A stretch of 64,000 nucleotides of DNA from Nageia nagi (Eukaryota; Plantae; Pinophyta), in the NCBI GenBank assembly GCA_050084985.1, contig JBITNC010000001.1, positions 90,396,001-90,460,000 on the forward strand, read 5' to 3'. The number at the start of each line of letters is the position of its first letter. Position 1 is the stretch's first letter. This document shows positions 24,304-37,700 of the stretch, one piece after another. A program made the translations under genes and the position numbers. The notes beneath the pieces were generated by a model. That model saw only the letters and a list, made by a program, of their open reading frames with translations, was not told the DNA's origin and made no database searches.

Positions 24304-25568
24304 TGTAGAATTTAAACTAAACTCTTAATATTTCAGTATTGTTCAACTCAATAATGTAGCAATAATCTTGATAAGATTATAACTCTCCAACATACACAGC
24401 ATAAGCATTAACATAAGTTGACCAATTATACACCCAAGATCAATTCCGGTAATACCCAGATACAAGAATGAACCATTAAAAAACTTGGAGCAATATCACT
24501 ATATACCATGAACAAATAAATGAGCATTTGAATGTTGAAGCAAACTACTCTAATGATACTCAAATAGATCACAAATGAAATATTGCAATCAAATTCATTT
24601 ATCTATTATGATAGGATACCATACTCTCCTATCAATGCTCTCATAGAGCTCTCTACTCTACTACATGCTCTTACAATGATCAATCCTTTATATAGATTCT
24701 TACAATCCACTACAAAACAATACATTTGTTATACTCGGTTTAATCTTGATGCTAACAAATCACTAACAACCAAAAAGAAGAAAAGAATAGTCACTACAAT
24801 TACAAATGGTTACAACAAAAAAACCTATATATATATATATTATATATATATATATATACATTTGTTATACTCAGTTTAATCTTGATATATATAGGTTTTT
24901 GTGTTGTAACCATTTGTAATTGTAGTGACTATTCTTTTCTTCTTTTTGGTTGTTAGTGATTTGTTAGCATCAAGATTAAATTGAGTATAACAAATGTGTG
25001 TGTGTGTGTATATATATATATATAGGTTTTTGTGTTGTAACCATTTGTAATTGTAGTGACTATTCTTTTCTTCTTTTTGGTTGTTAGTGATTTGTTAGCA
25101 TCAAGATTAAACTGAGTATAACAAATGTATTGTTTTGTAGTGGATTGTAAGAATCTATATAAAGGATTGATCATTGTAAGAGCATGTAGTAGAGTAGAGA
25201 GCTGTATGAGAGCATTGATAGGAGAGTATGGTATCCTATCATAATAGATAAATGAATTTGATTGCAATAATTCATTTGTGATATATATATATATATATAG
25301 GTTTTTGTGTTGTAACCATTTGTAATTGTAGTGACTATTCTTTTCTTCTTTTTGGTTGTTAGTGATTTGTTAGCATCAAGATTAAACTGAGTATAAAAAA
25401 TGTATATATTAAACTGAGTATAAAAAATGTATATATATATACATTTTTTATACTCAGTTTAATCTTGATGCTAACAAATCACTAACAACCAAAAACCAAA
25501 AAGAAGAAAAGAATAGTCACTACAATTACAAATGGTTACAACACAAAAACCTATATATTATATGTTAT

Positions 25569-25611
<43 letters not shown>

Positions 25612-26273
25612 TTTTTATACTCAGTTTAATCTTGATGCTAACAAATCACTAACAACCAAAAAGAAGAAAAGAATAGTCACTACAATTACAAATGGTTACA
25701 ACACAAAAACCTATATATGTATATATATAAAATAGTCACTACAATTACAAATGGTTACAACACAAAAACCTATATATGTATATATATAATATTTTATATA
25801 TATACATATATAGGTTTTTGTGTTGTAACCATTTGTAATTGTAGTGACTATTCTTTTCTTCTTTTTGGTTGTTAGTGTATATATATATATACATATATAG
25901 GTTTTTGTGTTGTAACCATTTGTAATTGTAGTGACTATTCTTTTCTTCTTTTTGGTTGTTAGTGATTTGTTAGCATCAAGATTAAACTGAGTTTAACAAA
26001 TGTATATATATATATATATAGGTTTTCAGGATATATGCACGAGCTTCCTAAGATGATATATGCATAGCATTTTTTATTTGATATACACAAAGATTTTGGA
26101 TGATATACGCATAGAGTTTACATGTTGCTATACACACGGGTTATCACCGCTACTATACGCATGGGTTGTCTTCGCTATTATATGCATGATGTTTCTGCTT
26201 GCATAGCCTAAACTCATAAATGACATATTTTCAAGGGAATGCAAGGCAAGTTTGGGGAGATCAGATTCCAACA
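24304..26273 (-). mobile_element. Solo LTR inserted in the RTE LINE, expanded internally by a palindromic array
   Basis: TGTAG...CCAACA ends with a near-perfect 5-bp TSD (GTACA 24299-24303 / ATACA 26274-26278). The LINE reading frame rejoins across it. Confidence 0.75.
24568..26025. repeat. Complex inverted and direct repeat array of a ~105-bp unit separated by (TA)n tracts
   Basis: The unit tatactcagtttaatcttgatgctaac...acaacacaaaaacc occurs about 9-10 times, whole or partial, in both orientations. Long inverted pair at 24568-24830 / 25020-25282. Confidence 0.95.
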
Positions 26274-27619
26274 ATACAAGTAAGAGGCGGTAATCTCTAC
26301 TTCCCGCCTCTCAAAATGGAAGTGAAAATGGAGAAGAGCTTCTTTAGTAGTATTGAACACCATTACCTTGGTTTTGAGTAGGTTCATTGTCAATAGTCTT
26401 AGGATACAAAATATAGTTAGTGCATCCAAATGACGTTGAAACCCCTTGGGGGTCGATACTAGAAGGACAACATCATTAATGAAGAGAAGGATAGAGATCA
26501 GTGTATGGTGAAGTGGACAATCATCCTCTATGTGTGTTCTTAGATAAATGACTCAAGTTCATCAATGAATATCCCAAAGAGTGTCAGAGAAAGAGGGCAA
26601 CCCTATTTCACTCCTATTGTGTTGAAAATGGTGTTTGAAAGCCCCTATGTAGGATGAAACCTACCTACTATTATCTTATACAATTGTGATACTACCACCA
26701 AAAGCTACCCAAACATGCCAACCAACTGAAGCCTCTTGAGTAACAAATGTTGAGGTACTATGTCAAAAGCTTTCCTAAAGTCTACAAAGCAAAAATAAAC
26801 TTTCAAAGATCTTAATCGCACCTCCTCAATAATGGTCCATAGGACCAAAATATGATCTATGGGCTGGTGGTCTTGCCAAAATCCTTTCTGGCTTTTCCTC
26901 CTCCAACCTACAGGAAAGAACTAAATATAACGTCATGGCATAAAGTTTAGCAAAGACATGGGTGCCCTCTCGATTTATGGATGGGTAAATTTTGTGTTGG
27001 ATTCAAAAGTCAGCAAAACTGGAACATACAATGAGATTGAAGACATCATTAAGGGGCATAACAGGTGGTGGATCAATACCATTCTTAAGGAATTCCACCC
27101 ATAACCTGTCCAAATCTGCCACCTTGCTGGTACAAAGCTTTCTACTGGTTTGTCTAATGAGTACAATATAAAAGAGGTGGCATGAGGTAGGGGGAGAAGA
27201 CTAAAGGAACATACCAATTTGTGTCCGGCTATCAGCCTTTGGAAAGCTCCATAACAGCTCGGACAGAAGCTTCTCACATCAAATTGCAAAAATTTAATGG
27301 GCAAAAAAGTTTAGATTATTACCTGATGCAGATAACAAGAGAAATCATAAAAAAGGTTAGAAGCATTGAGTGATATACAGTTTGGACTACCTGCCAGATG
27401 ATGGGCCACATAAAAGGCACATGTTACCAAGGGGAGTGAACCAGAAAAGCTGATTTATTTGAGGTTTCTGACCCTCACATTCAGGGCCCACTAGAAAGAT
27501 ATAATAGAGACAAAGCACCAAAGAATCATAAAGTAAGATGCAGACACATGGAGATACCAAAAATTTGACAAAGGTTACAATAATTGAACATGGCCAATGC
27601 TTTTATGGATTTCAGTCAT

Positions 27620-27890
27620 CCATGAGTTTGTAAAATACAAGAAGAGGATGGATCATACTAAGACTTATGCTCTTCAGGTGTATGCGGTTACAAATAAATT
27701 TTATTCTTAGGAAATGCCTATTTGCAATCACTTTTGGGATCGTAGGAGGTCTCAAGGATTTCACTGATTTTGTAAAATACAAGGGGATGGATCATACTAA
27801 GACTTACGCTCTTCAGGTGTAGGCAACTACAAATTGAAATAACTTTTATTCTTAGGAAATGCCTATTTGCAACCACTTTTGGGATCCTAG
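27620..27890. repeat. Tandem duplication of ~120 bp
   Basis: tttgtaaaatacaag...ggatcatactaagactta...aggaaatgcctatttgcaa occurs twice. Confidence 0.75.
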
Positions 27891-27949
27891 TAGGTCTCAT
27901 CATCTGCAAAGGACTCATGGTAGATCTGACAAAGGTTGCAGTAATTGTT

Positions 27950-29330
27950 CATGGCACCATCTTAGCACAACCTGGGGAGAGAACCTTGGAACATACTATA
28001 TAGTTTGCAAGTAAAAAATTGTCACTAGCAGAGGAATAAAAAATAACAGAACAAGAGACTATGGCGATAAATGCATTAGAAAATTTTAGGTCTTACATAT
28101 TGGGAATCCCATTTGCAGTCTTCACAAAGGGGATATGATACTTGGAAAACAATTCAGTCATCCACTCTATGCCCTACACACTCACAAAAATACAATTTTA
28201 TAAGATTGAGATAGGCGAAGTGATAAGGAGGGTGGTGCTTGTGTGATAAACCCTTCCTAAAATTTGTTTTTCTTTTGCAAATATAAATCAGAAATTTCAC
28301 AAAAATTTGCAGTATTGAAAAATACACAGAACTCATGAAAAAAAACTCCAGAAAAAATCTGAAAACACAGTCTAAAAATTTTATTAAAATTTTACAAAAG
28401 TGGAAATGAGATCTAGGAGCAAAAGGGTATCTCAAAAACACACCAGAATTCTTATTCAACCCTTTGGTAATGATGGTTGCCCTTCAGCGGCCCACTTTGT
28501 TCGAAGGTTCTTACTTTTATGTCAAAACTTATCATGTATGCCAAAGGGTGGGCAGATCAAATAAGAGATTTACAATGCCCCTACAATCAGAGTTACCTCT
28601 CCAACCATACGAAAAGTAATTCATAGATTTTGTTGACCAAATCACTCCTACCAACATGAACGTTGGAGCCAAATACATCATCAATGCAACTAAATATTTG
28701 ACTAGATGAGTTGAGGCATCTATGACCTGAGATTGCATAGCAGCCACAACTAGAAAGTTCATCTATGAAAACATCATAACCAGGTTTGGTTGCCCCAAAA
28801 TACTACTCAATTATCAAGGAAAACATTTATCAACAAGATTGTTTAGGACTACTATCTAAATTCCTTATTCAAAAAATACACGATATCATCCCCATCCCAA
28901 TAGAGTACCCTAAATAAGATGTCAATGTAGGAAGAACAGACAGGAATGACAGAATTACAACAATCCCATCGACCTATAGAAGCACTTAGAAAGACTGGAG
29001 AAGAAGACCCCATTCAAATTGGTGGGGACATGAAGCCACCTTGCCAATTGAATATGCAACATACACTGGCCACCAGACTCGGAGATAAAGAACCATTGAA
29101 AGAATAAATGAAGGTGTTGGAAAAACTGGACGCGGAAATAAGGATTGCAATGCTCAATCAAATGTTGGAAAAGAGGGCCCAAAAAGCCTAACATGACAAC
29201 TATGTGGAAAAATAACCTTGACATCAAGGCATATTGAACTTTTGTATGACAACAAATACAAGCATAGCCGAACAAAAGTCAAGATCAGGTGGTTGAAACC
29301 TTTCATCTTTGACCACATCAAAGAAGTAAT
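27950..29330 (+). mobile_element. Decayed Ty3/Gypsy (Tat/Athila-like) RNase H-integrase remnant
   Basis: ALENFRSYILGIPFAVFT (RNase H); PYEK*FIDFVDQI, YIINATKYLTR*VEA and FIYENIITRFGCPKILL (integrase core). Confidence 0.75.
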
Positions 29331-31697
29331 AATCACGCTAAAGACACATGGTGAAGGGATATGTGAATGACACCAAGTTGAAGCCATAGATTTGTCATGG
29401 CGCCATGCAAAAGAAGTTAAAAACCATGAAGGAAACGTCAGGAAAAGAAGACAAGCAATAAAATGAAGACAGACAAACAGTAGATGCATGGTAACACAAG
29501 CAAAATAAGATGTAACAACAAAATTCACGTGGGTGGATCTAGAGACATAATAAAAAGACTGTCATATGGATTTACCTGGTACAGGGTCATCATAGGACTG
29601 CTACACCAACATTTTTTTCGGTACAGCACCAAAAATCTATTGCTTTAAATTGGAGAGGACTGGATGGATACAGTATAAACCCACCAATTTCGGCGACTTG
29701 GCGCCAAGCAGTTTAATAGTTGGAAAAGTATAGGATAGAAGGAAGAAGGAAAATGGAAACAAAATCAGGATTAGAGATAATTTTGGAGAAAGGATCAGAT
29801 TCTTGCAAGAAGTCAACTGCAAAATCAGATTCCGTGAATGAATGGGAAGAAAACATAACATAGGACAAATCAAAATTGACTGAGTAAAGCACAAGAAAAG
29901 AGTTTGGGGCAAAAAAAGAGAGGTATGAAAGATTGCAAGAATGATATGTTGCAACAGCTAATTTTATATCTATAATTCTAGTTGGCATTGACCACAAAGG
30001 TCGCCAAAATTTGTAAAAGGCCACAAGACTTTCTCACAAATCACCTGTTTCTTTCAGAAGAGTTGCTAACTACAACAGGGAAGATTCAAACCAACTTAAT
30101 GCGGTAATTATGAAGTTTGAAAGTGATTGTAGCTCAAAAAGCCATGAAATTGGATTGGGTTGATTCTATTGACAAAGACAAAAGGGCACCAAAGAAAGGA
30201 AGAGAGATGGGAAAAACAGATCCAAAACCTCAAACCAATGGCTCAATAATTTCCAATAAGAAGCAATGCTGGTTCAATAATCTCTACTCTTTAACTGACG
30301 CATTCAATGAAAGATCTTGACAATGAAGCCAAATCTTACCGACAGGAAATCCAAGCTCGGGTGCAGCTCCTCGTATTCATTTCGCGGCAATGCAGGTTTG
30401 TTTGGATCGTCTTCAGCTGCCATTTTGGCCGTTGGAATAAACCCTCCGCCCACTTGAGGGGTTTTAAAATTAAGGAAATTTTAAACAAGTTTGCGAGTAT
30501 ATTTTAAATAGAGGAACATAATGCCTAGATTTTATTTACATATTGGTACCTGATAGCTATTGGCTCGTGGTTAGGACATTTAAGGGATTCATCGACTTGG
30601 CTAAACAATCATTTCCATCTTAAAGAGTCACTTTATTCATCATATTATGAAAGTGTTAATAATCAAATTTGAATATGAAATTTTTTGATATGATTGATAT
30701 GAGATGATTGTCAAAGGGTCGAGAGAGTTGAAATATACGAGTTTCTATGGTTTTTGCATCTTTCACTTTGTAATCTTTATAAGATTGTGTAGAATTTTTC
30801 AAAAGCCATTTATTGTTATTTTCATTATCATTTAATTTATTGTAGGCAAATTATATTACCTTTATAATGATGCTCGTTCAATTTGTAACTTCATCTTTGG
30901 GTGAAGCTGTTGGAGTAAGAAATAGCACTAGTCATGAGCAAACATCCTCTGAAGTTTATTTCCAAGGTGTATAATGAGGCAATCCCTCTCCTGACATTGT
31001 TATTCAATTGAATTAATTTAATCAAGCTTGTGCATGGTTTAAAAGCCATACTTTAATAAGATATTTCTTAGATTGTATTCCCTCTAACTTTGTTCTTAGG
31101 AACTTGATTGAGCAATATCAGCATCCATATGACATTTAGGTTTCTCATGTGTAGAACCTTACTAAAAAGTTCATTTTCTCTTTTTTTTATCCTAATAAAG
31201 CTCGATAAAATTTGAGACAAGGTACGTGATATATTCATAAAACTCTTCTTATTTTCCAATCATGGAATAGGAATTCATTGTTTCTAATTATGTGTCACTC
31301 ATTATTCTCATCGGGGTAGAATTCCCAAGACTTCCCCTAGCGATTTGAAATTTTCTTGAAAAAATTGGTCTCTCTCATAGGATATTTTATTTACGATTAG
31401 CCCACTTGCTTATATGTGGTTCGACCCATCCATAAAATGTATGTCAAATTTGACCTTGCTAAAAACCTAAAAGAGTATATCGATATTTAGGTAGGAGATA
31501 CTTTAATCCCCTAAAGGATGGTGTATGTGAATTTACCCAATGCTTGTTATTGGTGCCAATCAGTTACCCATATAATTGAGGATTGTTTGCTGATGGCAAA
31601 AAAAATCAAGATGAAAGGACTAATATTTTTATTTTTATTTTTGCAGCTCCCAACACTCTAACTCAACCTGCTAAAGGGATCTAGGAGGAATGGATAA

Positions 31698-34520
31698 TGA
31701 AGTAATAACACTAACAAGATAATTCCTAATCAACCAAGATCACATAAAAGCTCTCAATTCACATCTAACAAACTCACAAATAAGACAATCTCACGAAGTA
31801 ACTCAAGATGTAAAGTGGTTCCTCTAAGTATGAGTACATCTACTAACTAGATCTTTACTTCAATCACAAATTCAACTCTCTTATAATCCTCCTAAGCTTA
31901 ACTCTTACACTTTTATCCTATAACATAACTTTACTCCACAAATTAGTGTGTGATAACAAAGAGGGAGCCTTCTATTTATAAGCCAAAATCCCTCTTTGGA
32001 TCACCCTTTTATCCAATGTACAAAAGCATGACATGCACATCTTTTTACCCAAGGGGCATGCTCATGACATGGAGTGCAAGACAAGTTACATTATCATATT
32101 CACTTAAATACTTAAGGTATCAAATGATACCCTTAATATTAGTGAAATTACATAGAAGATTTAATACAAACCTTTACAATAAAGCATTATACATTCCAAA
32201 ACTCCCTTTTAATACAATATTGGAATAGAGCGAGTAAGAGAGAAGAAGAAAAGAAAGTAAGATAGTTTTCCTCCAAACATATACAACAGAAATGAGAACT
32301 TTTTACATATTTGTGAAGTAAGAAAGATCTAGTTTGAGACTCACTACTTTGCCAAATACAATCATTAACCATAATCAATTTCAATGTACATGAAGTAGTC
32401 ATCCAACTGGAAGTCATTAAGAGTCTCCGAGAGCTTGCATACCTAAGGTAAGTAACCTATAATTTCAAAGGAACCTGCAAGCCATAAGCAGCTCAAATAA
32501 CAAGATCAGTTAGATGCATCATATTCATATCAACAAAGATAAATGAATCACACAAATGGCATCATGAACTGATTAATTGTGCACTATAAGTCATCACAAA
32601 AATGCCATGCCAAAAAACTTAGTCACCTACAGTATATAAAATATGTGTTGATTAACATTACAAAATAGAGCATGCACATATGAGTTCCTCACATATGGAT
32701 AACTGAATAGTGCTAAAAGACACATAAGAGTTCTTCGCATATGGATAACTAAAAAGTGCTAGATTGACCAAAAAATAGAGTATGCACATATGAGTTCCTC
32801 ACATATGGATAATTGAACAGTGCCAAAAGACACGTAAGAGTTCCTTTCACATGGATAACTGAATAATGCAAGATTGGTCAATTTGTACAATAAGCTTCTC
32901 ATGTAGAGCGAACTTATCATGAAAGTGTATAATAAAATCAACATTATACAACATAAAATTCTCTTAAGGGTGAAGTTATGATCACAAACATGAATTCAAT
33001 TCAAGAATTCAAATTTCACTCCCCCTTGATGGCAACTTCACCAACCTGATAGCATCCTTAAACTTACAGAATTGAGCTTCTGGGAGGGGCTTGGTGAATA
33101 AATCAGTAGAGTTCAAGGTGGATGGATAATACTTCAGGTGTATGATGCCATTAAGAACCTTCTCTATAATAAAATGGGCATGAATTTCCATATGTTTTAT
33201 TCTCTAATGGAACACTGGATTCTTAGCCAAAGAATTAGCCGATTGATTATCTGAAGATATCAAAGATGAGCCACCTTGCTCATACCTAATTTCTTTCAAA
33301 AGATGCCTTAGCTAAATGGTTTCTTGGGCTGCAACAAACATGGCACAATATTCAGCTTCTATGGTGGAAAGAGAAATAGTAGGTTGCTTCTTGAAAGCCC
33401 AAGAGATAGCACCTAAACCAATGCTAAACACATATGCAAAGCTTGATTTTCTATCATCTCTATCTCCTCCATAGTCAGAATCTGAGAATCCAGAGAAAAT
33501 AAATAAGGGCAACTTGAAATACTTGAGAGCAAGATCCTTAGTCCCTGTAACATACCTCAAGATTTGTTTAACAGCATTGAGGTGCTCAACATAAGGTTTC
33601 TACATGAATCATGCCATCAGATTCACTGCAAAGGTAATATTTGGCCTAGATATAGTCAAATACAAAAGACTACCAATTAATTGCCTGTAAGTTGTAGTAT
33701 CAGCTAACTAAGAGTTAGAGCTTAAAGAAATAGTGATTCTATGAGAGATTGGGATTACAACATATCTACACTCCTCCATTCCAATCTTTTGCAAGATGTA
33801 CGATATATACTTAGATTGACTGAGGTAAGTATAATCCTTATATTGATACACCTGCATTCCAAGATAGTAGTGTAAAAGACCAATATCAATAATTTCAAAA
33901 GTTACTTTAAGTTTGGATATGCACTCTTAAATGATTTTGTCATTATTCCCAGTAATCAAAAGATTATCCACATAAAGGATAATCAAGACCACGTCGGCTA
34001 TGCTTTGATACCAAATTGAAGGAACAACACTAACAAGATAATTCCTAATCAACCAAAATCACATGAAAGCTCTCAATTCACATCTAACAAACTCATAAAC
34101 AAGACAATCTCACAAAGTAACTCAAGATGTAAAGTGGTTCCTCCAATTAGGAGTGCATCCACTAACTAGATCTTTCTTTCAATCACAAATACAACTCTCT
34201 TACAATCTTTCTAATCTTAACTCCTACACTTCTATCCTATAGCATAACTTTACTCCATAATTGGTGTGTAATCACAAAAAGAAAGCCTTCTATTTACAGG
34301 CCAAAATCTCTCTTTGGATCACCCTTTTATCTAATGTACAAAAGCATGGCATGCACATCCTTTTACCTAAGGGGCATGCTCATAACATGGAGTGTAGGAT
34401 AAGTTACATTATCATATTCACTTAAATACTTAAGATATCAAATGATACCCTTCAGTATTAGTGAACTTATGTAGAAGATTTAATACAAACCTTTACAATA
34501 ATGCATTATACATTCCAATA
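31698..34520 (-). mobile_element. Internally deleted Ty1/Copia LTR retrotransposon
   Basis: Two 504-bp LTRs (31698-32201, 34017-34520) and a perfect TSD GATAA (31693-31697 / 34521-34525). Met PBS complement gctttgatacca at 34002-34013 and PPT at about 32202-32210. Only the RT C-terminal half and RNase H remain. Confidence 0.92.
33009..33992 (-). pseudogene. Copia RT (C-terminal half) and RNase H pseudogene
   Basis: LIILYVDNLLITG, YYLGMQV, YRQLIGSLLYLTISRPNI, GFSDSDYGGDRDDRKS, ISWAFKKQPTISLSTIEAEY, HMEIHAHFIIE, TDLFTKPL. Confidence 0.9.
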
Positions 34521-35999
34521 GATAATAGTTTATGATAAGAAAGGGATAAATGGTAAGTTTATGCCTGATGGGAACCTTCATCGAGTTATGCTTAAGTTAC
34601 AACTCTTAAATTACCTTTGTAAATGCATGTGTCTACTCCAACTCCAACTCCAGCACCCACTCCTTCACTCAAAATAAGAGACTTCTATGATGAGGAAGGT
34701 CTACCTCTGTTTCATCAATCATCCAATAATTAGAGGCAACAAAAGGGTTTCAGATCGAATGATATGGTTGGTTGTCCTATAGCCCTCCTTAAGGAAACTC
34801 AACCATTATGGTAAACAAATAATGACAAACAAGTTTCTCAAGTATAAATATGAACATCTTTACAAGAAATCCCTTTCACACACTTGAAACTCTTAGTAAT
34901 TCTAACGAGTTCATAGGGTTGATGCACCCAACCCAACTATACATGGTTTAATATGAATTTGTTACTTATTTTTATCTTTATAGTATTCATGATTTTCTTT
35001 ATTTTCAAGAAGTTAAATATATTTATTTCACTTTATAATATGCATGCTACCTACTTTGGTCTGGTATCCATATGTACACCAATGATCATTCTCATGGTAA
35101 TAAAGACATTATCATTTTCATAGCTAACAAATAGAAAAGTAATATTGTTACCTATGGAATAAATCCTTCAAATCATGTAATTTGGATATTGCTTGAAGTA
35201 GAAGGAATATGCTTTGGGATCATCAATATACACTTAATGATACCCATGAAATATGTGCCCTTTAGCAATGGTGTGCTTATTATTACCACATATAGTTTGA
35301 CTTATGTGCAATGATTTCAACATGGTTGAAAAAACTTATGATAAAGTGATAAAGTGATTCATATTCCCAATAAGTGGGCTATTGGGGAGAGGGAAGCCTA
35401 TTTTTTTTATGAAAAGTAAATTAGGTTTGTTAGACCCTAATTCGTGTTTTTTCATAAGAGCAATTTTTAAAAGATATATTGTATATGTGATCTAATTTTC
35501 AAGCTATGCATGCAAGAGTTCTAAAATGACTTAGCAGAGCCATGTTGTCTAATCATATAGAAGTTTTCTTTCATCCAAAGGCTCTCTTATATGCCATATA
35601 TTGAATTCATTCCTAGCATGGTTGGTGTCCTTTATTCACACACCAATCATGTTTACATTAAACATCATGTTTAGTGTTGATGTTGGTGAGAACATTGGTC
35701 GTTCCTAATTTTTTGATGTTTGCCTAAGTGTTTGATGCCATCTTCAATGATCCTCTAGCTAATAGCATATTTTCCAATACTTGTCTCTTTGTACAATCGC
35801 ATAGTGTCACTGTCTTCTTCATCTTCATCATTATCCTTGTGGATTTCAACATTCATGTATATAACTATGGTATTTTCAACTTGTGTGATCATATTTGGAT
35901 TTTCTTCCACTACATATTCTTATCCATCATGGTTAAATTTAATCAATTTGTGTAATGTATATGGTACTCACCTCGTAGGATGTATCTATGGTTCTCCCA

Positions 36000-37700
36000 A
36001 GGAGTATGTCATAAAGAAGCTTCTCGTCGAGCACATAAGTCAAAACTTCCACTATCTTTGGTCCCAACTGAATAGGTAACATGATATGTTTGATACATGC
36101 TTTGCTATCATTTTCATAACTTGTGATCTTGTACTTCTTTCATATAAACATTCGCATCAATGTATCATCAAATTTCTTTAAGAGGCCAATTGAGCAAATA
36201 TTCAAACCTGCACCACCATCTACAAATGCATGCTTAACTATTTTTCCTAGTAACTTTACATATATATGGATTGGCAAGCATTTATCAATGATATCATCAT
36301 TAGGAATATCATATTTAGTAAATATGATAGCATTCTCGAAACAACCAATCATTCACACCAATGAGCTAATAGAAATATTTGTATCAACATCAATGTCACT
36401 AAATAGTTTGAACAACGTCAATCTATGCTCTTTAGATGTTTCAAATAATTCAAGCAAATGGATTATAGCATTTATTTTTTTAAGATTTTGCATAATACTC
36501 TTTTTTGCATTTATCTTTCCTCTTGTCCTCAAGGGAAGTTTTAGAAGGTACCTCTTTTGTAGTAGAAACTGGGTTATGAATACCTTTCTTTGATCATGTG
36601 GTTGCATTGCATATTTATTCTAAATTTGAACCTTCATTTGAATCTACTTTTAGACTAAATTCATCATCAAACTCAATATGTTCACCATTACCATCATAGA
36701 TAATCATATTCACCATATTGACGGAAGGTAGATCCTAATTTTTGACTTTGAACATATAATTTTCATATGAAATTGTACCATTATCCAACAAGTGTTTTAA
36801 CTTTTTTCTCAAAACATAACAACTAGTCGTATTATGCCCTTTGATTTGATGATATTTGTAAAATTGATTTTCCCTATACTAATTAGGCTTGTTATCATAA
36901 GGTCCATAGTATTTTCCTTGAATTCATTTAATTAAATGCTTCTTTAGACATTCTTCGAATATTTGGCTAGGGTTTACCGGTAATGGATACATTTCTTTAG
37001 CTGGTTTTTTATCTTTAGGTTTGTCTTAATGAGATGGTTCAACTGCATTAACTAAAGTATCATACATTTTGTTATAGGGCTTCCTACAATTATCTTTGTT
37101 AGAGGAGGATGATGTATGCTTAAGAAAATTAGACCTGTATTAAGAATTCTTCTTTCTTAATAAGCAAATGAATTGTATGCATAAATGAACTATTACCATG
37201 CTCAAGCCCTTTTTCACCAAGAATAAGATTAATAATTTCAAGGAATACCTTTTTAACGAAGCTCTCTTCCAACTTTTGTTAAATGGACCTCCAAATCTTG
37301 ATGAATCCAGGAGCAAATTTATGCAACCTCTTCATTTGACCTTACTTGAAATGGATCATATATATCAAATCAACTGGTTTCTTCATATTGCATTTGAAGT
37401 GAGCCTTAAACTGATCCTTCAATTGTTGATATGATGTTATAAAACTTAGTTTCAAGCTATGAAACTAATTACGAGCTTCGTCGGTTAAACTCATAGGAAA
37501 ATATTTCACTTTCAAATGATCATTAACCCTATATTTAAGCTCCATAATGTATCCAAAACCCTAAAGATGAGTGATAGGATCAATCTCACCATTGATTTTT
37601 TCAAATTTGGGATCCTTATCTATACAAACAAGGAGTGTATTTTGAATCTCCATGCTCAATAGGTTACCCTTATTTTATGTTTGATCTGTACAAACTTTGA
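36000..37700 (-). mobile_element. Decayed Ty3/Gypsy (Tat/Ogre-like) gag-protease remnant
   Basis: PKFEKINGEIDPITHL and KVKYFPMSLTDEARN (gag); YKYHQIKGHNTTSCYVLRKKLKHLLDNG (knuckle); HAFVDGGAGLNIC (protease). Confidence 0.75.

Larger units (their letters stand above)
23250..26950 (-). mobile_element. RTE-type LINE remnant, split by a solo LTR
   Basis: RT at 26274-26950 (CFVDFRKAFDIVP, GVK*GCPLSLTLFGIFIDE, LLFINDVVLL, LLKTKVMVFN). It resumes below 24303 with YL, YGLGIWGPSL and a C-terminal CCHC (REEWICLFC..HFILRCAIYNEIQGKFHCLF). Confidence 0.8.
31230..35600 (+). mobile_element. Decayed L1 LINE (ORF1 zinc knuckle and ORF2 endonuclease), interrupted by a Copia element
   Basis: VEFPRLPL and VYVNLPNACYWCQSVTHIIEDC at about 31310-31590. 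After the Copia come LVSICTP, LCNDFNMVE and LSNH at about 35055-35560. Confidence 0.6.

Noticed and set aside
24568-26025. Repeat array as a CRISPR, or ORFs 24583-24879, 24953-25267 and 25532-25735 as genes
   Set aside because: Eukaryotic context, no unique spacers and mixed orientations. The ORFs are translations of LTR sequence and (TA)n.
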